A stretch of 30,255 nt of DNA. Source: Candidatus Iainarchaeum sp. Its GTDB lineage: Archaea > Iainarchaeota > Iainarchaeia > Iainarchaeales > 0-14-0-20-34-12. Each line of letters begins with the position of its first letter. Position 1 is the first letter of the stretch. The stretch lies in assembly GCA_030649345.1 (NCBI GenBank), contig JAUSKK010000014.1:1-30255 (forward strand). Direction: 5' to 3'. The notes beneath the pieces were generated by a model. It was not told the DNA's origin, searched no databases, and saw nothing but the letters and a program-made list of their open reading frames with translations. The position numbers and the translations under genes were made by a program. This document shows, one piece after another, positions 21,521 through 30,255 of this stretch.

Positions 21521-23218
21521 TTATGGCTGCAATCGATTGATTAAATATTTTTGCATTTCTTTGCTGACTGTGCTAATTTCATGCGTGTCTTTTTTGATTA
21601 ATTCTGATAAAAATTGTTCTCTTTGTTTTAATTCATTGGTTACATCGTTTACTGAAAATGAACTTAATTCAGATAAATGTTTTAAGAAAACACACGGCAT
21701 GTCTGTGCGTTCCAAGTTATCTGTTTTTGGATTCCATTCAAATATTGTTTGAATTTCGGGCTTTCCTTCCAATGCATTGGTTATTTCTGCAATTTCTGTA
21801 ATTCTTCGAATGGCACCCAGTCTACGGTCATGAATTCTTTGCTGGACTACAATAAAATCCAATCCAGAAAGCATGGTTACAGGAACACTCATAGGCGGGT
21901 TGGTTACACGAATAATAGTTTCTCGTGCACTATTGGCATGAAGTGTTCCGGCACTTCCTTGATGTCCGGTGTTCATGGCTGTAAATAAAGTAAAGGCTTC
22001 ATCGTGTCGTACTTCTCCGACAATAATTCGATCTGGCCGCATTCGTAAAGAGTTTTTGGTTAAAATATCTAAAGTAATTTCTCCTTTTCCTTCCAAACTC
22101 GGAGGCCTTCCTTCCAATCGAACCCAATGCTTTAAAGGCAAACTTAATTCTGCTGTGTCTTCAATGGTAATAACTCGTTCGGTTTCTGGAACAAAAGAAC
22201 ACAACATATTCAAAGTGGTTGTTTTTCCGGAACCTGTACCCCCGGAAATTAATATATTCGCTGGCTTAGCTTGCAGTCCTTCAAAACAAGTCCACAAAAA
22301 TGCAGCGGCTTCTAAATTGATTGTTTTGAATTTAATTAAATCTGTAATTGAGTAAGGATCTTTTCTGAATTTTCGAATGGTTAAAGAACTCCCGCTAACT
22401 GCTGCAGGACTAATGGCTGCATGAACTCTGCTTCCATCCGGCAATCGTGCATCCAATAAAGGAGCAGAGAAATCTACTCTTCGTCCAATTTCTCGTGCAA
22501 TTCGATTTACTAAATCTGTAATTTCTCCATCGGAATAAAATTCAATATTGGTTTTCATCATTCCATATTTTCGATGAAATACATATACTGGTTTTTTTTC
22601 TCCAATCACCATAATTTCTTCTAAGAAATCATCGCGGACCAATGGATCAATAATTCCATAGCCAATCATTTCTCGGATGACTGCTTCAGCATAAAATTCA
22701 AATTTTCCTTTGGGAATTTTTAATTCAGGAGAAACTTCTAATATTTCCAGAATGCGTTGTTTGTAAACAGTTCTTCTTTGTTCTAGGTCGCGAATTCTAT
22801 ACGGAGTAATTGAAATTAATCTTGTGGCAGCTTCTTTAATGGTATTAATGATAGTGCGCTCTACAGCATTCGGTCGTGTAACTGGAACATAATAGTAAGC
22901 AATTTGTTGTCCTTCAATGGTGTATAATTCTGTCTGCCCGTATTTTTCCAAGATTTTTTTTTCTGCAGCTTTTCTTGTTTCTTTTTCAGCTTCAGATTCT
23001 TGGGGTACTTCCGGAGTAATATTTTCGGTTTGAATTTTGGTTTCTTGCACGGCTTTTAATTCTTTTAATACGTCTGCAATTTTTTGATCTTCCAATGGTT
23101 TAGGTTCTTTTTGGACTTCAGTTTCTAAAACAGGTTTTTTTTCTATGCTTTCTTCTTGTTCGAGTTGTTTTTTCTTTTTAGCTTTGTCCATTACGCTTTT
23201 TAGATAATCTTCTGCCAT
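21521..23218 (-). CDS. Type IV pilus/secretion assembly ATPase (FlaI/TadA/CpaF/VirB11 superfamily) with a K/E-rich N-terminal extension
   Basis: Walker A is SGGTGSGKTTTLN and Walker B is RIIVGEVR. The His box is GHQGSAGTLHANS. ITIEDTAELSL is also present. Confidence 0.9.
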   Translation of the reverse strand: MAEDYLKSVMDKAKKKKQLEQEESIEKKPVLETEVQKEPKPLEDQKIADVLKELKAVQETKIQTENITPEVPQESEAEKETRKAAEKKILEKYGQTELYTIEGQQIAYYYVPVTRPNAVERTIINTIKEAATRLISITPYRIRDLEQRRTVYKQRILEILEVSPELKIPKGKFEFYAEAVIREMIGYGIIDPLVRDDFLEEIMVIGEKKPVYVFHRKYGMMKTNIEFYSDGEITDLVNRIAREIGRRVDFSAPLLDARLPDGSRVHAAISPAAVSGSSLTIRKFRKDPYSITDLIKFKTINLEAAAFLWTCFEGLQAKPANILISGGTGSGKTTTLNMLCSFVPETERVITIEDTAELSLPLKHWVRLEGRPPSLEGKGEITLDILTKNSLRMRPDRIIVGEVRHDEAFTLFTAMNTGHQGSAGTLHANSARETIIRVTNPPMSVPVTMLSGLDFIVVQQRIHDRRLGAIRRITEIAEITNALEGKPEIQTIFEWNPKTDNLERTDMPCVFLKHLSELSSFSVNDVTNELKQREQFLSELIKKDTHEISTVSKEMQKYLINRLQP

Positions 23219-23347
23219 AAACAGATACTTTTAGGGTTTACTTTTTTTTAAACCTTTGGATGCTAATCAAGGGGTTAACTATTGGCAAATATAACAAGAC
23301 ATTAGTCGCATATCTGTTTTTATTTATTCAATACCTTGAATTATGCA

Positions 23348-24466
23348 ATGGTTTCAAGACTTCAGTATGCTTCTTTGGTAAATTACAAGAAAGTGAATCC
23401 AGTCAAACAAAAGGCTTTGCAGAACTTTCAATCTACATTTGCTGGTTTAAATCAATATAAAATCAAAATTGTGCCTGAATCCATTGGTCATACAGCAGCT
23501 GTTTTAGATTTTCAATCCACTGATTTTATGCTGGCCTTTAATTTAGAAGGTTTGGGGACCAAAAGCTTGATTGCAGATCAATTGGCTGTTTCCAAAACTT
23601 TTTCTAACAACAAAAATTTATTAAAAAAGTTTTATGAAAATTTAGCCATTGATTGTGTGGCTTCAAGTATTAATGATTTAACGGCTGTGGGTGCGAAACC
23701 TTTAATTTTAGCAGACATGATTGCTTTTGCCAGTAATGATTTATTGAACACCAGTTTTCGAATGGATGGTTTGCTGGCAGGTTTTAAAAAAGCTGCACTA
23801 AAATATAAGTTTGCAATTCCTTGCGGTGAAACTCCAGTGTATCCCAATTTGTTAATGCCTCACACGATTGATTTATCCGCAGCTTCCTTGGGAATTATTT
23901 CTCCGAAAAAGAATTTTGTTTCTGGAAAAAAATTAAAAAAAGGAGACAAAATTTTCGGTTTAGCAAGTTCAGGTTTGCATGCCAATGGTTTAAGTTTAGC
24001 TAGAAAAATTTCTGAACGTTTGCCAAAAGGATATTTAACTAAATTAAAGAACGGAAAAATTTTAGCTGAAGAATTGTTGAATCCTTCTTTTATTTATTCG
24101 AATTTGGTTTCCAAATTGTTGGATCAAAAAATTGACTTGCATTACATGAATCCTATTACTGGGCATGGCTGGCAAAAAATCATGCGGCCCAAACAAAATT
24201 TTACTTACAGAATTTCCAATATTCCAGACAAGCCTTTGATTTTTGATTTTTTGCAGTCTCAAGGAAAACTTTCCAATGAAGAAGCTTACAAGACTTGGAA
24301 CATGGGTTTAGGTTTTGTTTTGATGGCGCCGAAAAAAGAAGGTAAAAAAATTGAACGCATTGCCAACCGAGAAAAAATTAAGTTTTTTGAATTGGGTATA
24401 GTTGAAGAAGGCCCGAAACAAGTTGCACTTGAACCTTTAAATCTTGTGTTCAAAAAATTATTTTAG
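23348..24466 (+). CDS. PurM-like (AIR synthase family) protein
   Basis: NLEGLGTKS (compare DGVGTK) and AIDCVASSINDLTAVGAKPLILADMIAF (compare DlVAMcVNDl..GAePLfflDY) are present, together with a C-terminal AIRS_C-like half. I prefer the ATG at 23348 over the TTG at 23336. Confidence 0.7.
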   Translation: MVSRLQYASLVNYKKVNPVKQKALQNFQSTFAGLNQYKIKIVPESIGHTAAVLDFQSTDFMLAFNLEGLGTKSLIADQLAVSKTFSNNKNLLKKFYENLAIDCVASSINDLTAVGAKPLILADMIAFASNDLLNTSFRMDGLLAGFKKAALKYKFAIPCGETPVYPNLLMPHTIDLSAASLGIISPKKNFVSGKKLKKGDKIFGLASSGLHANGLSLARKISERLPKGYLTKLKNGKILAEELLNPSFIYSNLVSKLLDQKIDLHYMNPITGHGWQKIMRPKQNFTYRISNIPDKPLIFDFLQSQGKLSNEEAYKTWNMGLGFVLMAPKKEGKKIERIANREKIKFFELGIVEEGPKQVALEPLNLVFKKLF

Positions 24467-24864
24467 TTTTTTTGAATTCTGAAAAAGGCTTTCATATAGG
24501 GTTCTGCTTTTAGTTGGAGTATTTCTTTTCGGGTTGCCCATTGGTATTCTGAGTGCTCTGAACTTAGTTTTATTTTTCCATTTTTGATTGAGCAATCGTA
24601 TACAATAAATAGAAGATTTTTTTCTTTTAGAACTTCTGTGTAACAAAAAATAGGCTTTTTTACATTCACATGTAACTGTGTTTCTTCGAATACTTCTCTG
24701 TGCAGTCCTTTTTCTGCGGATTCTCCTTTCTCTAGCTTCCCGCCTGGAAAATCCCAATATCCGGGATATGGGTCTTCATCTAAACTACGTTTTACAATTA
24801 AAAATTTATTTCCTTTTCGAATGCAGGCTTTTTGAGGTATTATAAAAAAATATTTAGCTTGCAT
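24463..24864 (-). CDS. NUDIX hydrolase
   Basis: The Nudix box is GGKLEKGESAEKGLHREVFEETQL. Confidence 0.85.
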   Translation of the reverse strand: MQAKYFFIIPQKACIRKGNKFLIVKRSLDEDPYPGYWDFPGGKLEKGESAEKGLHREVFEETQLHVNVKKPIFCYTEVLKEKNLLFIVYDCSIKNGKIKLSSEHSEYQWATRKEILQLKAEPYMKAFFRIQKN

Positions 24865-24896
24865 AGTATTTTTCCAGTTAAGTATTGTTTTGAATA

Positions 24897-26801
24897 TTAT
24901 TTCTTTTCCTTAATTTGTTTTTGCATCCATTCAATAAATTCAGAAACTTTGAATGTGCTTAACTTTCCATCTCTGGCTCGAATGGTTACAGTATTTTCTT
25001 GAACCTCTTTTTCGCCTAAAGTAATTAAGACTGGAACTTTCTCCAATTGTGCATCCCGTACTTTTTTGCCCAAAGTTTCTGTTCGTTCATCTACTTCTGC
25101 GCGAATTTCGTTTTCCAATAATTGTTCTTTTAGTTTTAGAGCTGCAGGCAATTGAGCATCACTGACTGTAATAATGCGTGTTTGTTCTGGACTTAGCCAT
25201 AACGGAAAATTGCCAGCATAATGTTCAATTAATACTCCCAGGAATCGTTCCAGGCTTCCAAATATTACGCGGTGAATTAAGTAAGGCCTGTGCTTTTGGT
25301 CGTCATCGCCTACATAGGTTACATCAAATCGTTCGGGTTGATTGAAATCTAATTGAATGGTTCCACATTGCCAGGTTCTGCCAATAGCATCTTGAATATG
25401 AAAGTCAATTTTTGGACCGTAAAATGCTCCGTCGCCTGGATTAATTTTATATTTTTTTCCAGTTTTTTCTAACGCATTTTTGAGTGTTTGTTCTGCTTTT
25501 TGCCATTGTTCTTCTGTGCCCATGGATTTTTCAGGCCTTGTGCTTAATTCAATATGGTAATTGGTGAATCCAATTGTTTTGTACGTTAAATCCATTAATT
25601 CAATAATATTCAATACTTCTTGTTCTATTTGGTTTTCCATGCAAAAAATATGCGAATCATCTTGTGTAAATTTTCGCACTCTAAACAATCCGTGCAATAC
25701 GCCTGATCTTTCGTGTCTGTGTACAATTCCGAGTTCTGCAATTTTTAAAGGCAATTCTTTGTACGAGTGTCTTTTTTCTTTAAACAATAAAATATGCCCT
25801 GGGCAGTTCATAGGCTTAATTGCAAAATCATAGTCATCGATTTGAAAGGAATACATATTTTCGCGATAGTTTTCCCAATGTCCTGAAGTAATCCATAAAT
25901 CTTTTTTCATGACTTGAGGAGTATTCACAATTTTATAATTTCGTTTTGCGTGTTCTTTCATCCAAAATTTCACAAGCTCGTTCCAAATGATCATTCCTTT
26001 GGCGTGCAAGAAAGGCATTCCTGGTGCTTCCGGATGCACTGACAATAAATCTAATTCTTTTCCGAGTTTTACATGATCTCTTTTTTCTGCTTCTTGAATC
26101 ATGTTCAAATATTCTGCAAGTTGTTTTTCTTTAACAAAAGAAATTCCGTAAATTCTTTGCAGTTGTGCATTTTTTTCATTTCCTTTCCAGTAAGCACTCG
26201 AAGTTTTCAATAATTTGACTGCTTTAATATATCCTGTGCTGGGTACATGCGGGCCTCGGCATAAATCTGTGAAAGGTCCATTGGTGTAAAAACTTGGTTT
26301 GTCTTCCAGTAGTTCTTTTACCAGTTCAGTTTTCAAGGGTTCAGTTTTTACTTTTTCGGTTGCTTCTTTTTTGGAAAATTCTGTTCTTACAAAAACTTCA
26401 TTGGCTTGAATGTGTTCCAGCATTTTTTTTTCGATTTTTTCTAAATCTTCTGGAGCAAAAGAATGATCCATTAAGAAATCGTAATAAAATCCTTGGTCAA
26501 TAGGCGGACCAATTCCAAGTTTGACTTTTGGAAACAATTCTTTGACTGCTGTGGCCATTACATGCGCGCTTGAGTGCCATAAAACAGATTTTCCTTCTTT
26601 GGAATCTGCAGTCAAGATTTGAAGCTTGCAGTCTGCTTCAATGACTCGGCTTAAGTCTAAAATTTTGTCATTGACTTTGACAGCCAAAGCATCTTCTGCC
26701 AAGCGTTTGCCAATGCTTTCGGCTATCTCTTTTCCAGTAATTCCTTTTTTGTATTTTCTTTGCGAATTATCCGGTAAAGTGACTGTAATTTCTGCAACCA
26801 T
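24897..26801 (-). CDS. thrS: Threonyl-tRNA synthetase, bacterial-type architecture (TGS, N2 editing domain, class II core, anticodon-binding domain)
   Basis: The N-terminus is TGS-like. The editing motif is HSSAHVMA. The class II motifs are FRVRKFTQDDSHIF and GTIQLDF. The length of 634 aa is typical. Confidence 0.9.
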   Translation of the reverse strand: MVAEITVTLPDNSQRKYKKGITGKEIAESIGKRLAEDALAVKVNDKILDLSRVIEADCKLQILTADSKEGKSVLWHSSAHVMATAVKELFPKVKLGIGPPIDQGFYYDFLMDHSFAPEDLEKIEKKMLEHIQANEVFVRTEFSKKEATEKVKTEPLKTELVKELLEDKPSFYTNGPFTDLCRGPHVPSTGYIKAVKLLKTSSAYWKGNEKNAQLQRIYGISFVKEKQLAEYLNMIQEAEKRDHVKLGKELDLLSVHPEAPGMPFLHAKGMIIWNELVKFWMKEHAKRNYKIVNTPQVMKKDLWITSGHWENYRENMYSFQIDDYDFAIKPMNCPGHILLFKEKRHSYKELPLKIAELGIVHRHERSGVLHGLFRVRKFTQDDSHIFCMENQIEQEVLNIIELMDLTYKTIGFTNYHIELSTRPEKSMGTEEQWQKAEQTLKNALEKTGKKYKINPGDGAFYGPKIDFHIQDAIGRTWQCGTIQLDFNQPERFDVTYVGDDDQKHRPYLIHRVIFGSLERFLGVLIEHYAGNFPLWLSPEQTRIITVSDAQLPAALKLKEQLLENEIRAEVDERTETLGKKVRDAQLEKVPVLITLGEKEVQENTVTIRARDGKLSTFKVSEFIEWMQKQIKEKK

Positions 26802-26841
26802 ATATTTATTCTTTTAAACAATACTAATATATAGAATTGCC

Positions 26842-28008
26842 ATGATTCCCGAAGAAATTAAGCAAAACAAATACAGGCTAATGGCTTTGGATTTTATTAA
26901 AAACAACGAATTTCTAGGATCAACGCCGCCTGGCTTGTTTGTCGGAGAATATGGTTATCCGTATGTCAATGTTTCCTTAGTTTCTCCTACTCATATTGTT
27001 CAAAATGCCCGCTTTTTGGATACCCCGGAACAATGGTTTGGTTTGGATTTAAATAAATTCATTGCCATGCGCCAGCAACTCGTTCATGCTGGCAAAAAAA
27101 TGTTAAGCACACAAGCTCAAAGTCCAACCAATGAACTGCAGTCTTTACAAGAACTTTTAATGTCTAAAAATTCTTTGACTGTAGATGTCAAACTCGAAAA
27201 ACAACCTTTGGGCAGAGTTGAATTTAATGAAATAGTTGCTCCAGTTGGTCCAAGTGCATTTTTGAGAAAATTTTCTTTAGAAGACACGCCAAAGATTTCA
27301 AGAGATATTGAAAAATCCTATTATGATTCAGACTTAAAAGCAGAAACTGCTGTCTTAAGTTTGTATGATTCTGGTTTAGAAATTTCTTCACTATACAAAT
27401 TATTGAGTGCAGGTGTTTTTGGAGTTGAAAAAAACAGAAAGTTAGTGCCATCGAAATGGGCGATTACTGCCACAGATGATATGGTTTCCAAAAACTTAAT
27501 TTCTGAAATCAAACAATTTGAACCAGCACACGAAATTCAATTATTTGAATCCCATTATTTAGATAATCATTTCTTTCTTTTATTTGTGCCAGGTTCTTGG
27601 AGTTTTGAAATGATGGAATGCTGGAAACCCAACCATCAAACTACGCAAGAAAAAATTGCGCAAGACCACGAATTTTTTGAAGGAAGAACAACCTATGCTC
27701 ACAATATTACGGGTGCGTATTATAGTGCTCGTTTGGCTGCAGCTGAATATTTGCTTGCAGAAAAAAAACAAGCCAGTTGTTTGGTTTTTAGAGAAATTGG
27801 GCCAGCCTATGAAGTGCCAGTCGGAGTATGGGAAGTGCGTGAGAATGCACGGCATGCTTTTTATAATCCATCTCATTCTTTTCCTTCCATTAAATCTGCT
27901 TTAGATTTTATTGGAACCAAACTCAAAGCTCCGTTAGGTGAATACAAAAAGAAATCAGACTTATTGGATTTTTTGCAAAATCAAAGCAAAATCACTAACT
28001 GGTTCTAA
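26842..28008 (+). CDS. nreA: Archaeal Nre-family (NreA-like, DUF650/DUF651) DNA-repair-associated protein
   Basis: GSTPPGLFVGEYGYPYVNVSLVSP matches the conserved Nre N-terminal signature. The length of ~390 aa fits the family. Confidence 0.7.
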   Translation: MIPEEIKQNKYRLMALDFIKNNEFLGSTPPGLFVGEYGYPYVNVSLVSPTHIVQNARFLDTPEQWFGLDLNKFIAMRQQLVHAGKKMLSTQAQSPTNELQSLQELLMSKNSLTVDVKLEKQPLGRVEFNEIVAPVGPSAFLRKFSLEDTPKISRDIEKSYYDSDLKAETAVLSLYDSGLEISSLYKLLSAGVFGVEKNRKLVPSKWAITATDDMVSKNLISEIKQFEPAHEIQLFESHYLDNHFFLLFVPGSWSFEMMECWKPNHQTTQEKIAQDHEFFEGRTTYAHNITGAYYSARLAAAEYLLAEKKQASCLVFREIGPAYEVPVGVWEVRENARHAFYNPSHSFPSIKSALDFIGTKLKAPLGEYKKKSDLLDFLQNQSKITNWF

Positions 28009-28013
28009 CTTAT

Positions 28014-28226
28014 TCATTTTATTTTTTTAAATCTAGAAACTTTTTTTCCTTTAACTTTAATTTTTTCTAAAAAAGATTTTTTTGGCCTTAGCCATAATTC
28101 GTGCTTTCCATACAATGCTTGATAAATTACATAATCTTCCAATGTTTCAGAATGTTTTCCTGTGCCTAAAACCAAGTAATGGTTTCCGCGAAAATGCTGA
28201 TACACTCCAGGCTTAGTTTTTTTCAT
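28014..28226 (-). CDS. DUF1653-family small protein
   Basis: GVYQHFRGNHYLVLGTGKHSETLEDYVIYQALYG...LWLRP...F fits the DUF1653 consensus. Confidence 0.65.
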   Translation of the reverse strand: MKKTKPGVYQHFRGNHYLVLGTGKHSETLEDYVIYQALYGKHELWLRPKKSFLEKIKVKGKKVSRFKKIK

Positions 28227-28239
28227 TTAAATTCCATTC

Positions 28240-28791
28240 CTAATCTGCTAGCATTCGTTTGATTAATTGAATAATTTCTTTTTCTTCTTCGATTTGTTTA
28301 TGTAAATGTTCTACAAATTGTTCAAATGGAATTCTTCCAGGAATGCTTTCGTATTCTTTTTTGGAAGCTTCATTTCCTTTCACTCGAATTACATTCAATA
28401 ATCTGCGCTTGTGTCCTAAATCTAATTTAACAAATCTTAATTCATCTTGAATAGCTTGTTTTCCAGTTTCATCCAAATGGCCTTTTTTCAAAGCCTTGCT
28501 TAAAGATTGAGCGTGTTTTTTGGCTTTCATTCGCTTGGTGCGCAATAAATTTTTGGCTTCCGAGGTTTCCTGCAAACTTACCTGCATTTTAGCAATAGCC
28601 TTTCGGACTCCAGAATGTTTTAATAATAATTTTTTGGTTTCTTTGGCAGTCAAAGGTTCTATTTTTTCTTCTACAATATTAATTTGAGCATTCGGATTTC
28701 CTTTCAATGCTTCCATGATTAAAAGTTTTTGATCTTCAGAATCCAATTGAATGATTTTTTTTTCTTTTTTTTCGGAATTTTCTTCAGTCAA
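28240..28791 (-). CDS. Hypothetical K/E-rich, predicted helical protein (183 aa)
   Basis: A long ORF starts 5 nt after the RFC stop codon. I recognise no family. Confidence 0.5.
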   Translation of the reverse strand: MTEENSEKKEKKIIQLDSEDQKLLIMEALKGNPNAQINIVEEKIEPLTAKETKKLLLKHSGVRKAIAKMQVSLQETSEAKNLLRTKRMKAKKHAQSLSKALKKGHLDETGKQAIQDELRFVKLDLGHKRRLLNVIRVKGNEASKKEYESIPGRIPFEQFVEHLHKQIEEEKEIIQLIKRMLAD

Positions 28792-28796
28792 TAAAA

Positions 28797-29771
28797 TCAG
28801 CTCTTATTTCCAAATTTCATAAACTGTGCCATCAATGCTTCTAATTGAATTCGTTCATTGGCTCCTTGAACTAAACGAAAATTATATTCTCCAATAATGT
28901 TCACTAACTCAATTTTCTTTTTAGTATCCAAAATAGTTTCATCCAAGTCTAAAGTTTCTTTGTAGACTTGAACCATGACATCTTCTCCGCTCATCCCATG
29001 TTCCAGCATTAATTTGTCCAATCTGTTTCGGACATCTAAAAATTTTTGTTCTAAAGCCAATAAAATCATTTCTTTAATTTCCACAGGCTTGGCTCGGCTG
29101 CTGACATTAAAGATAGATTCTTCTGAAATCTTTTTTCCTAAAATGGATGCTCCCTGCAATGCATTGGTTGCTTTTCGTAAATCTCCGTCACTAATGTAGG
29201 CAATGGCTTTCAGGGCTTTTTCATCCAACTCTAATTGTTCTGCTTTCGCAATTTCATTCAATTTTTGATTCAAGTCAGTTTCTTGCAATCTTGAAAAACG
29301 AAAGACAATACATCTGCTTTGGATGGGTTCAATGATTCTAGAAGAATAATTTACATTTAAAATAAACCGGGCTGTTTTGGTGTATTTTTCCATGGTTCTC
29401 CGCAAAGCATGCTGGGCATCGTTGGTTAAAGAATCAGCTTCATCTAAAAAAATCACTTTATGTTGGGCATTGAATGCCAGGGTGCGGGCAAAGTCTTTGA
29501 TCTGGCCGCGTACAACATCAATTCCTCGAGTATCACTTGCATTTAATTCTAAGAAATTTTGTTCTAGATGGTCTGTGTACATTTCTTTGGCTAAAGCAAC
29601 AGCACAACTGGTTTTACCGCAGCCGGCTGGTCCTGCAAACATCATGTGCGGCATGTTTTTGCTGTTGACATACTCTTTTAAGCGTTGTACAATGATTTTT
29701 TGGCCGACCACTTCATTTAGTTTTTTAGGCCGGTATTTTTCAACCCAAGGCAATTCCAGATTCGGATTCAT
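28797..29771 (-). CDS. rfcS: Replication factor C small subunit
   Basis: PWVEKYRPKKLNEVVGQ is present. Walker A is GPAGCGKTS, the DEAD-like box is FLDEADSLT, and the SRC motif is QSRCIVFRF. I prefer the ATG at 29771 (MNPNLELPWVEKYRP) over the ORF-track start at 29807. Confidence 0.9.
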   Translation of the reverse strand: MNPNLELPWVEKYRPKKLNEVVGQKIIVQRLKEYVNSKNMPHMMFAGPAGCGKTSCAVALAKEMYTDHLEQNFLELNASDTRGIDVVRGQIKDFARTLAFNAQHKVIFLDEADSLTNDAQHALRRTMEKYTKTARFILNVNYSSRIIEPIQSRCIVFRFSRLQETDLNQKLNEIAKAEQLELDEKALKAIAYISDGDLRKATNALQGASILGKKISEESIFNVSSRAKPVEIKEMILLALEQKFLDVRNRLDKLMLEHGMSGEDVMVQVYKETLDLDETILDTKKKIELVNIIGEYNFRLVQGANERIQLEALMAQFMKFGNKS

Positions 29772-29888
29772 ATATTTTATTCGTTTGCATACTGTTAAAA
29801 AAAGCACGGTAAACTAATAATTTATGACTGAAATTCAAATTCAAACAAAGTCTAAATTTGCGGTTTTGGCAATTTTGTTTGCCTTTTC

Positions 29889-30161
29889 TTACGCAATTTT
29901 GTTTGCTTTAACTTTCTTTTCAGCAATTCTTTCCAGCATTCCTTTCTTGAATGCTTTAGTTCCAACTACTTCTTGGGACTCAGTGACGCATTGGATTTTG
30001 CCTGTGGTTGGATTTTTTGGAGTATATTTTTTGATTGAATGGGGAAAAGATTTTTTTAAATCCAAATTTTTTGCCAGCATTTTATTTCCAATTACTTTTT
30101 TGATTGCTTCTTTGATTTCTTTGTTTACGGCTATTTTGTTTTTGTATATGCCGGCGTCCAT
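29889..30161 (-). CDS. Small basic DNA-binding protein, possibly HU/IHF-like
   Basis: It is 90 aa and lysine-rich. PKNPTTGKIQCV...GTKAFKKGMLERI loosely resembles the HU arm region (RNPqTGe.i.i....v..FKaGK.L). The assignment is tentative. Confidence 0.4.
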   Translation of the reverse strand: MDAGIYKNKIAVNKEIKEAIKKVIGNKMLAKNLDLKKSFPHSIKKYTPKNPTTGKIQCVTESQEVVGTKAFKKGMLERIAEKKVKANKIA

Positions 30162-30255
30162 TAATACTGGACGGCAAATTATTTTGTGTGCATTTGACTG
30201 CCCTGGATTAAGAGCTTTTTATGAAACTTCCGGAAAAGGCGGAGAAATTATTTTC

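Noticed and set aside
23235-23254. Inverted repeat GGTTTA-N8-TAAACC in the divergent ATPase/PurM-like promoter region
   Set aside because: The stem is short (6 bp) and sits in T-rich promoter DNA. It is not distinguishable from chance or from TATA-like sequence.
30208-30255. Possible partial gene at the right edge: either a minus-strand C-terminus ending ...ENNFSAFSGSFIKSS* at 30208, or a plus-strand start ATG at 30221 (MKLPEKAEKLF...)
   Set aside because: Only 11-15 codons are visible. The two readings are mutually exclusive and neither can be supported.
1-30255. CRISPR arrays, rRNA genes, transposases, integrases and prophage modules
   Set aside because: I looked for regularly spaced direct repeats, rRNA-like conserved stretches, and DDE, tyrosine or serine recombinase motifs in all listed ORFs. 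None were found.

Overview
This is a visibly AT-rich, gene-dense window from an archaeon. The archaeal assignment rests on the MCM helicase, RFC small subunit, NreA, class III (prepilin) signal peptides and an intron-containing tRNA with a near-canonical bulge-helix-bulge junction. The compact style and several bacterial-type genes (ABC-F, bacterial-type ThrRS, HU-like, DUF1653, MazEF) suggest a small-genome DPANN-like lineage, but that is inference only. Gene order from left to right: a partial PIN toxin; tRNA-Ser(CGA) with a 96-nt intron; an ABC-F ATPase; a small membrane protein; a co-directional methionine cluster (split MetE N-domain and C-domain genes, an MTHFR-like gene, and MetRS carrying a C-terminal B3/4-type module); a 452-bp intergenic region rich in hairpins; MCM; a MazE/MazF pair; an ~11.7-kb minus-strand Epd/Tad-like type IV pilus operon; a PurM-like gene; Nudix; ThrRS; NreA; DUF1653; an unknown 183-aa protein; RFC small subunit; and an HU-like protein. 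The pilus operon encodes an ATPase, two single-domain platform proteins, six Q(+1) prepilin-like proteins (including 342-aa and 624-aa modular pilins), an 883-aa beta-helix cysteine-rich surface protein and a prepilin peptidase. The most interesting items are: (1) the pilus/adhesin operon, with modular pilins, a recurring 4-Cys module, and a duplicated pseudo-cleavage leader encoded by a conserved palindrome; (2) the MetRS-B3/4 fusion; (3) a hairpin element shared in inverted orientation between the tRNA intron and the MCM upstream region. I found no CRISPR array, rRNA, transposase or integrase. All family assignments come from motif recognition by eye and need HMM or structure confirmation.
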